NCBI GenBank assembly: GCA_947630865.1 | Contig: CANRJE010000001.1 | Location: 1 to 54,734, forward strand | Source of the DNA: an uncultured Bacilli bacterium | Lineage (GTDB): Bacteria > Bacillota_I > Bacilli_A > RF39 > UBA660 | Length of the DNA stretch: 54,734 bases | Reading direction: 5' to 3' | Shown: piece by piece, positions 38,600 to 45,693 of the stretch | How positions within the stretch are numbered: the stretch's first letter is position 1 | How the letters are laid out: every line of letters starts with the position of its first letter | Notes under the pieces: generated by a model | The model's database searches: none | Seen by the model: only the letters and a program-made list of their open reading frames with translations | Told to the model about the DNA's origin: nothing | Made by a program: the position numbers and the translations under genes

Positions 38600-40144
38600 T
38601 CAGCATCTCCTTAATTTTGAATTTATAAAATATTTAAAACGATTTTTTAAATTATTAAATTCTAAAGTTCTAAAGGTAAATAAAATAAATATAAATGATG
38701 TCATCAAGACTAAAACTATACCTTTTAGTATAAACATAAATATATTAGTAACAATAATTTCTTTTGTTGTATAATAACAAGCAACAAAAGCAATAGCAAC
38801 GATAGCTAAATATTTAAAATATTTAAGAAAATATTCAGATATTTTTTTTTCTTTAAATACATGTTTATAAACTATATAAGGATCAATCCAAGTTGTTGTT
38901 GAAAGACGAGCAACAATAGTACCTATAAAAATACCTGCTAAGCCTATCCATTTGGCTAAAACAATAGAAACAACAATGTTAACAACTGAAGAGACAATAG
39001 GAGCATATCTAAAATATCTAAAATTACCAGATGCATTTCTAAATGAAAAACCAGCAAATTGAATACCATTTATATATAAATGAAAAACAATTGTAAAAAC
39101 TACAAAATTTGGAAGTAAATAATTATTTCCTAACCACAATTTTACAAAATCATTAAAAAGCATAAATGTTGATATACAAACAATACAATATATAAGTTCT
39201 GTAAAATAAAATAATTCGTTAAAAACTAACTTTGTTTTTAAATTCTCTCCCTTAGCAATTAAATTACCTATACTAGATGTAAAAGAATTAAATAATTGAT
39301 TTAATAATTGAATTATAGCATTAAGTAATAATTGATAATTAGAATAAAGTCCTAAAGTAACTAACCCCAACATTTTAGAAATTATAATACTATCAGTTCC
39401 ATTTAAAATAACTGAACCAAACTTATATATAAATAAAGCTTTAACGTTAGTAAATATACCTTTTTTTTCTTTTAAAGTAATTGTTTCCTTACCTAATTTT
39501 TTAACAAATGGATACATTTTTTCAGCCTTTTTAGCCAAATAGAAATTTGTTAAAAAAGTAGTTGCTACTTGAATTCCTAAATAAAGTAAATAGTTTTTAG
39601 TAAAATATAAAATAACTAATTGTACAATAACTTGAATTACTTTAAAAATATGTGTATACACTATTATAATATAATTTTTTTGATCAGCTGAAATAATTGA
39701 AGTTTTATAAGAAAAGAAATAAGAAATTGCTGTATCAGCTAAAAAAAACAAATAGATTACATAAATACTTTCTTTTAAATTTGGAGCATCGGTTATAATC
39801 ATATTTAAAAATGGAATTAATAATATTCCCACTATTAAAATAATTAAGCCAATAGTTGTATACGTTTTTTTATAAAAATTAACTAATTTTTTTAATTTGT
39901 CTTGGTTATTATCAGCAATTGGTTTATACATACTAAAAACAATAGCATTGCCAATTCCAAGTTCTGCAAATGATAAAATTGTTAAAATATTTGTAAAAAG
40001 ACTATTTAGTCCTAAATATTCAGAACTTAAAATATGAATAAAAACCGTTCTTGAAACAAAACCTAAAACAAGTGTTAAAGTATGGAAAAGAATTCCTACC
40101 CAAGCATTACGAAGAACATTTTCACTACGAGCTTTATCATTCAT
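38600..40144 (-). CDS. wzx: oligosaccharide flippase (Wzx, MOP superfamily)
   Basis: 514 aa, about 12-14 TM helices. The N-terminus ...NAWVGIL...LGLNSLFTNILTILSFAELGIGNAIV is typical of polysaccharide biosynthesis flippases. Confidence 0.75.
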   Translation of the reverse strand: MNDKARSENVLRNAWVGILFHTLTLVLGFVSRTVFIHILSSEYLGLNSLFTNILTILSFAELGIGNAIVFSMYKPIADNNQDKLKKLVNFYKKTYTTIGLIILIVGILLIPFLNMIITDAPNLKESIYVIYLFFLADTAISYFFSYKTSIISADQKNYIIIVYTHIFKVIQVIVQLVILYFTKNYLLYLGIQVATTFLTNFYLAKKAEKMYPFVKKLGKETITLKEKKGIFTNVKALFIYKFGSVILNGTDSIIISKMLGLVTLGLYSNYQLLLNAIIQLLNQLFNSFTSSIGNLIAKGENLKTKLVFNELFYFTELIYCIVCISTFMLFNDFVKLWLGNNYLLPNFVVFTIVFHLYINGIQFAGFSFRNASGNFRYFRYAPIVSSVVNIVVSIVLAKWIGLAGIFIGTIVARLSTTTWIDPYIVYKHVFKEKKISEYFLKYFKYLAIVAIAFVACYYTTKEIIVTNIFMFILKGIVLVLMTSFIFILFTFRTLEFNNLKNRFKYFINSKLRRC

Positions 40145-40146
40145 TT

Positions 40147-40965
40147 TTATTCTCCCTTATTAAAATCAACTTTTATTATACTATGATTAACTCTTTTAGA
40201 AACTGGAGGTAATTTCATATAATCTCCATAGATATTTTTTAAAAACTCTTCTGGTTTATTAATAATGTTAAATTTTTCTTTTTCAAATTCTCCTCTTGAA
40301 ACTGGTAAAAAAATATTTTCATTCATATATTCAGTTCTAACAGGATAAACAGTAAAATAACAAACCCTATGACTAGTATCTTTTTTATAATCTTTCATTA
40401 AAAGTTTTTTTTCTATTTTATATAACAATTTAACTGGTAAAATTCTAAATAATGTTACAAAAGCTTTATGCTGACAATTTTTTAATTTACCTGTTTTTCT
40501 TTTAACATGAATAGTAGATGTAATTATTCTTATAATATTAGCTCGAATAATTATTTTTTTATATCCCCCATCTTTAGCTTTATCAAAAGGAAAAACATCA
40601 ATAAATATTTCACTATTAATATTTAAATCTTTATTATTTTCTTCAAGCATTAAAGTGTTACTTTTTCTGATTTTAGCAAAACTTAACCAATAATTAGGAT
40701 CATTTTCCATACATTGCACATACATAGGACTTTTATTGGTTTGAGGAAATATTTTAATAAATTTCTCATAATCTTCTCTAAACATTCCAATATCTAAATC
40801 ATCGTCCCATGGAATAAAACCTTTATGTCTTATACTTCCTAATAAACTACCATATATTAAAAAATAAGTTATATCATTTTTTTTACAAAATTCATCAATC
40901 TCTTTTAGCATATCTACTTCCACTTGGTGTAGTTTTTTTAAATTAGCATCACTAATATACTTCAT
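40147..40965 (-). CDS. licD: LicD-family phosphotransferase
   Basis: LIYGSLLGSIRHKGFIPWDDDLDIGM motif. Confidence 0.85.
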   Translation of the reverse strand: MKYISDANLKKLHQVEVDMLKEIDEFCKKNDITYFLIYGSLLGSIRHKGFIPWDDDLDIGMFREDYEKFIKIFPQTNKSPMYVQCMENDPNYWLSFAKIRKSNTLMLEENNKDLNINSEIFIDVFPFDKAKDGGYKKIIIRANIIRIITSTIHVKRKTGKLKNCQHKAFVTLFRILPVKLLYKIEKKLLMKDYKKDTSHRVCYFTVYPVRTEYMNENIFLPVSRGEFEKEKFNIINKPEEFLKNIYGDYMKLPPVSKRVNHSIIKVDFNKGE

Positions 40966-40998
40966 ATTGCACCTCTTTTTAATTATATCAAATATAAT

Positions 40999-41021
40999 AA
41001 AAAAAAACTACCTAGGTAGTT
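40999..41021 (-). terminator. intrinsic terminator upstream of the glycopolymer operon (after the 155-aa gene)
   Basis: Minus strand reads AACTACC-TA-GGTAGTT followed by T9. Confidence 0.5.
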
Positions 41022-41053
41022 AAAAAGTTTATTATTTTTATTATTAATTTAAA

Positions 41054-41521
41054 TTAACTAACAACAACTCGTCCATTATAATTTAAATTTCCAGTATAAG
41101 TATCACTTATCCAAACTTTTAAGTTAATATCTTTAGTTTCTAAGTTTTTTAGATTATCTATATAAATTACTCCGTCCATATTTAAAGAATGAATAGTTGA
41201 ATTATTAATTTGATATTTAATATAGTTATTGCTAACATTTTCTTCTAACATATCTGAAACAAGAATAATTTTTATATCCATATTTGGACTACCAGTATTT
41301 GATAACTTGAAATTATATCCATCTAATTTATCAATATCTTCATCTTTAACTTTTTCTAAAGAATTAAAAACAATTGGTTCAGATACAACTAAATTCTCTT
41401 TATGATACTCTTCGTAAATGTCTTTATTACGAAAATTAAACCAACAATAAGTAGAACCAACTAAGAACAAGGTTGTCCAAACAATCGATAGAATATGACG
41501 AATCATAATTCTTCTTAACAT
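41054..41521 (-). CDS. hypothetical secreted or membrane-anchored protein
   Basis: N-terminal hydrophobic helix ends in GSTYCWFNF, which resembles a TasA/SipW-type signal. The remainder is beta-rich. SD is AAGGGGGG. Confidence 0.5.
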   Translation of the reverse strand: MLRRIMIRHILSIVWTTLFLVGSTYCWFNFRNKDIYEEYHKENLVVSEPIVFNSLEKVKDEDIDKLDGYNFKLSNTGSPNMDIKIILVSDMLEENVSNNYIKYQINNSTIHSLNMDGVIYIDNLKNLETKDINLKVWISDTYTGNLNYNGRVVVS

Positions 41522-41563
41522 ATTAACCCCCCTTAATAGTGCTACTATTATACCATAAAATCT

Positions 41564-42076
41564 TTATTTTTGCAAGTCTATCGTAATTTTACCGCGTTCT
41601 TTCATATCTAAACTGCGATATTTAACCCCACAAATATCAAATAATGATTTACTAGCAATAACTGAATCTGTATCTTTATATTTATCAGATAAATAGATGA
41701 CTTCCTTTATTCCTGATTGAATAATTAATTTAGCACATTCATTACATGGAAATAAATCTGTATAAATTTTAGCATTTTCTAAATCCTTTCTGCTACCACG
41801 ATAATTTAAAATAGCATTAAGTTCAGCATGACATACATAAACATATTTTGTTTCAAGAGGTTTACCTTCCCTATCCCAAGGAAAAAATTTATCAGAAAAA
41901 CCATTAGGTGCTCCATTATAACCAATTGAAAGAATACGATTTGTTGAATCAACAATACAAGCTCCTACTTGGGTTGATGGGTCTTTACTTCGATAAGAAG
42001 ATAAAATAGCAACAGCCATAAAATATTCGTCCCAATTTAAATGTTCTTTTCTACTTTTATCAATTATTTTCATCAT
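41564..42076 (-). CDS. comEB: dCMP deaminase (ComEB-like)
   Basis: HAELNAI and PCNECAKLI zinc motifs. Confidence 0.85.
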   Translation of the reverse strand: MMKIIDKSRKEHLNWDEYFMAVAILSSYRSKDPSTQVGACIVDSTNRILSIGYNGAPNGFSDKFFPWDREGKPLETKYVYVCHAELNAILNYRGSRKDLENAKIYTDLFPCNECAKLIIQSGIKEVIYLSDKYKDTDSVIASKSLFDICGVKYRSLDMKERGKITIDLQK

Positions 42077-43337
42077 TTACTCCTTCTAAATTTGTATCTA
42101 TTCTCTTAATAATTTTTACTTTTTGAATTGTATTAACATCATATTCACGATCAATTATTACTCTTAAATAATTATCACTATAACCAATTGATTTATTATC
42201 TTCACACTTTTCAACTAATACATCTAAAGTTTTACCAATAAACTTATCCATATATTCTTTTTCAAGTTCCGAACTTAAAGCAATTAATCTTTTTACTCTT
42301 TCTTTTTTAACTACTTCACTTACTTGATTAGGCATTGTCTCAGCCTTAGTTCCCTTTCTAACTGAATAAGGAAAAACATGAACTTTAGCAAAACCAATTT
42401 CTTTAACAAAATCTAAAGTCTCTTGAAATAACTTTTCTGTTTCTCCTGGAAAGCCAACAATTACATCAGTTGTAATACTAATATCTCTTCTAATACTTCT
42501 AATTTTTTCAATTTTCTCTTTAAAATATTTTTTTAAATACTTCCGATTCATAGCCTTTAAAATCGTATCACTTCCAGCTTGAAGTGGAATATGCATATGA
42601 GAAACAATAATAGGATATTTCTTTAAAACATCTAAAAAAGCATCATTTAATTCTGTTATTTCAATTGATGAGATTCTTAATCTTTTTAAACCTTTTATTC
42701 TTGCTATTTCTTCTAATAACTCTGGAAAAGTAGTTTCAATATCACTTCCATAATGTCCCGTATGAATACCTGTTAAAACAATTTCTTGATATCCGTTATT
42801 AACTAAAGTACTAATCTCTTTTAATACTGTTTCTTTTTTCTTACTTCTTTGTCTACCTCTAGTATAAGGAATTATACAATAAGAACAAAAATTCTCACAC
42901 CCATCTTGAATTTTAACAAAAGCTCTAGTATGAGAAGACATTTTATCAATAAACATATCTTCAAATTCTGAATCAAAATCATCAAATAAAATTTTTTTCT
43001 TGTTTTTTTCTTTTATGTATTCTTCAACTAAATCAACAACTTTTGATTTATCTTTATTTCCTAAAATAAGGGAAACATCTTTATTCTCATAATCTTTATG
43101 TGCTTCAATCATACAGCCCATGACAACAACTATAGCATTTGGATTCTCTCTTACTACTTTGTTGATTATTTTTCTACTTTTACTATCACTAGTATTGGTA
43201 ACACTACAAGTATTTATTACATAGATATCTGCATCATTTGAAACTATTTCATATCCTTTTTTCTTAAAAAGCTCCAAAACATATTCTGTTTCATAAGCAT
43301 TTACTTTACACCCTAAATTTATACCTCTAACTTTCAT
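42060..43337 (-). CDS. mtaB: tRNA t6A37 methylthiotransferase MtaB (radical SAM)
   Basis: N-terminus LGCKVNAYE, radical SAM motif CENFCSYCIIP, and a TRAM domain at the end. Lies downstream of rsmE as yqeU-yqeV in Bacillus. Start is the ATG at 43337, with GGGTGGAG upstream. Confidence 0.85.
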   Translation of the reverse strand: MKVRGINLGCKVNAYETEYVLELFKKKGYEIVSNDADIYVINTCSVTNTSDSKSRKIINKVVRENPNAIVVVMGCMIEAHKDYENKDVSLILGNKDKSKVVDLVEEYIKEKNKKKILFDDFDSEFEDMFIDKMSSHTRAFVKIQDGCENFCSYCIIPYTRGRQRSKKKETVLKEISTLVNNGYQEIVLTGIHTGHYGSDIETTFPELLEEIARIKGLKRLRISSIEITELNDAFLDVLKKYPIIVSHMHIPLQAGSDTILKAMNRKYLKKYFKEKIEKIRSIRRDISITTDVIVGFPGETEKLFQETLDFVKEIGFAKVHVFPYSVRKGTKAETMPNQVSEVVKKERVKRLIALSSELEKEYMDKFIGKTLDVLVEKCEDNKSIGYSDNYLRVIIDREYDVNTIQKVKIIKRIDTNLEGVNDENN

Positions 43338-43391
43338 ACTCCACCCTTTTCTCCTAATCGATTGATTTTTATTATAAAACAAAAAGAAAAA

Positions 43392-44207
43392 TCAATCAAG
43401 ATTTTTCTTTAATTCATTTAAGATATGTAAGAACTTATTTGTCTTTCTTATCTCTTTATCAAGCTTTTCTAAGTTGGCTGTATTTTCTAGTTGAATTTCT
43501 GTTAAACTTTCATTTTCATTATAAGGTAACATATAATCTTCATTAGAATTTATTTCAACACTAGCATCTTCTAAATTATTGCCATCAAATTTCTGATATA
43601 CTTCAGTAATTGAAATAGGTTCATCTCCAACATCTTCAAGATTAATAGCTTTCATTTCCTGAGTAACACTTAATAACTCTTGATAACTAATAATAGCATT
43701 TTCTTCTTCTTCAGCTTCAAAATTCGTAATAGTATCTTCTAAAGTCTGAGGACTTGCTAATTCATTTTCAATTTTTAAAAGTTCTATTTGAGCTTTTTCT
43801 TTATTATTTAATTCTGATGTCAGAGGCTCAATATTTTCTTTAAAAGGCGTTATTTCAATAGATGGTACTTCAAAATCATCAATATCTTCAATTACTATAT
43901 TATCATTATTTGCTTCAATCTTTACTAAAGATGGTTCTACAACAACTTCTTTCTTTTCTTCCAAAACTTCCTCTTTAGTTTCTTCTACTTCAACATGTTC
44001 TATCTCTTTATCTTCAATTTTTACTTCTAAGACTGGTCCTTCCTTTTCAGAAACGTTCTCTGTCTCTATAACTTCTACTTTCTTCTTATCACGCTTTCTG
44101 CAAATAAGTTCAATAATAGATAAAATTAAGACAACAAACATCAAAAAACCAATCACACTTACCATAATTATAAGTTCAAATTTTGTGAATAATTCCATAA
44201 TTTTCAC
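43392..44207 (-). CDS. hypothetical membrane-anchored acidic protein
   Basis: One N-terminal TM helix, then a Glu/Val-rich low-complexity region. No recognised domain. Confidence 0.45.
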   Translation of the reverse strand: MKIMELFTKFELIIMVSVIGFLMFVVLILSIIELICRKRDKKKVEVIETENVSEKEGPVLEVKIEDKEIEHVEVEETKEEVLEEKKEVVVEPSLVKIEANNDNIVIEDIDDFEVPSIEITPFKENIEPLTSELNNKEKAQIELLKIENELASPQTLEDTITNFEAEEEENAIISYQELLSVTQEMKAINLEDVGDEPISITEVYQKFDGNNLEDASVEINSNEDYMLPYNENESLTEIQLENTANLEKLDKEIRKTNKFLHILNELKKNLD

Positions 44208-44914
44208 CTCTCATATTCATAATTTATCATACTAAGTGCTACAAGCGAAGCCGTTTCAGTTCTTAAAACTAACTTCCCTAACGATGTCGCAACAAAGCCC
44301 TTTTGGATTAAATAATTTTCTTCTTCTTTTAGAAAGCCTCCTTCAGGACCTATTACTATAATAATAGTATCACACTTATTAGCATTTTGCAAAAGATTTT
44401 TTAAGCTAAGTGTCAACTCATTAACAGTACAAATTATCTTTAAATCATAATCAAGTTCTCCTAATTCCTCTAAAGACATGATATTAAAGACTTTAGGAAT
44501 AACATTCCTTTTAGATTGACGACATGCTTCCTTGACAATTCTTTGCCATCTTTCAATTTTTTTATCCTCTTTACTCTCTAATCTAATAATACTATTTTTA
44601 GTTTTTAAAGGAATAAAAGAATATGCTCCTAACTCTACTCCCTTTTGCAAAATTAAATCCATCTTGGACTCTTTAACCAAACTTTGTGCAATAGTTACCT
44701 TAATACCCATTTCATTATATGTATCAAGTTCTTTTATTATTATTGCTTTAACAGGTCTTAATTCTAAAATTCTCGTGATAAATAATTTAGAGTTATATAT
44801 AACTTCTATTTCATCACCTATTTCCATACGCATAACTTTAACAATATGATATGTATCATCATCACTTAAAGTAAAAGTTTTATCTTCTAAAGAATTACAA
44901 AAATATCGTTGCAT
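44204..44914 (-). CDS. rsmE: 16S rRNA (uracil1498-N3)-methyltransferase
   Basis: MQRYF start, and GPEGGF...E motif near the C-terminus. Confidence 0.85.
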   Translation of the reverse strand: MQRYFCNSLEDKTFTLSDDDTYHIVKVMRMEIGDEIEVIYNSKLFITRILELRPVKAIIIKELDTYNEMGIKVTIAQSLVKESKMDLILQKGVELGAYSFIPLKTKNSIIRLESKEDKKIERWQRIVKEACRQSKRNVIPKVFNIMSLEELGELDYDLKIICTVNELTLSLKNLLQNANKCDTIIIVIGPEGGFLKEEENYLIQKGFVATSLGKLVLRTETASLVALSMINYEYER

Positions 44915-44915
44915 T

Positions 44916-45452
44916 TTAATCAAGCCCTAAAAAAAAGTCAAATAATGTTCGAAAATCATAAACAATTTTAGTATTCGTATTAAAATTATCACCATTATAA
45001 ATAACATAAGCTCTAATTATTCTTCCTTCACTACATTCAGATTTATTAATATCTTCATTAATTACGTCTTCTATTTTAGAAGGTAAAATAGAATCAATTA
45101 TTAATCTATTAAATGGTATTTTATTTTCTTCTAATGAGTTTTTAGTATCTTTATATGAAGAACCTAAATTATTATTACTTTTAGATATAACAATAACAAT
45201 TTCACAACCAATAGATCTTAATTTGTTTAAAACATCAAGAACATCTATATCAACTTCTGTTTTCATTTTAAATAAAGGCAAAACTTTAGATCTAAAACCT
45301 TCTGCTTCTTCTTTAGTCCAATCAAACATCTTTGATATAGAATAAGTATCACTTTTAACAATTCCCGTTCCTCTTAAACTATTATCATATTGAAAAGCCA
45401 AGTCCATAACATCTCTTCTAATATTTGTTATAATATCTTCTAAACTATCCAT
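44916..45452 (-). CDS. hypothetical protein
   Basis: ORF with AGGTGA before the ATG at 45452. No recognised motif. Confidence 0.4.
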   Translation of the reverse strand: MDSLEDIITNIRRDVMDLAFQYDNSLRGTGIVKSDTYSISKMFDWTKEEAEGFRSKVLPLFKMKTEVDIDVLDVLNKLRSIGCEIVIVISKSNNNLGSSYKDTKNSLEENKIPFNRLIIDSILPSKIEDVINEDINKSECSEGRIIRAYVIYNGDNFNTNTKIVYDFRTLFDFFLGLD

Positions 45453-45574
45453 ACAATCACCTAACTTCATTATAAATTTTTTTACCTATTATTGCAAGTA
45501 AGATATAAAAAAATCTAATATTTTTTCATACTAGATTTTAATAATTTACAATTGGTACAGAAATTTTATTTTGA

Positions 45575-45600
45575 TTGTCTCTCCTAAATCGGAGAGACAA
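45575..45600. terminator. perfect 10-bp hairpin downstream of the surface-protein gene
   Basis: TTGTCTCTCC-taaatc-GGAGAGACAA. The T-rich tract (TATTTTGTTG) follows on the plus strand only. On the minus strand it is followed by TCAAAATAAAATTT. Confidence 0.4.
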
Positions 45601-45662
45601 TATTTTGTTGAGATATCTTACTTCTTGCTTTATTATTCCCTTTACTTTATTCTTTATCGGGT

Positions 45663-45688
45663 CCCTCGAAGACGTTCCCTTCGTAGGG
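45663..45688 (-). other. GC-rich hairpin 6 nt after the stop codon of the 791-aa gene
   Basis: Gene-sense CCCTaCGAAG-ggaacgt-CTTCGAGGG (9 bp, one bulge). No U-tract follows. Confidence 0.5.
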
Positions 45689-45693
45689 ATATC

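Noticed and set aside
38842-38850. A/T homopolymers of 8-10 nt inside glycopolymer genes as phase-variation sites. One example is the T9 in wzx at 38842-38850. There is also a T8 in the GT4 gene near 34883.
   Set aside because: Runs of this length are expected by composition in such an AT-rich genome. They occur in many housekeeping genes here too.
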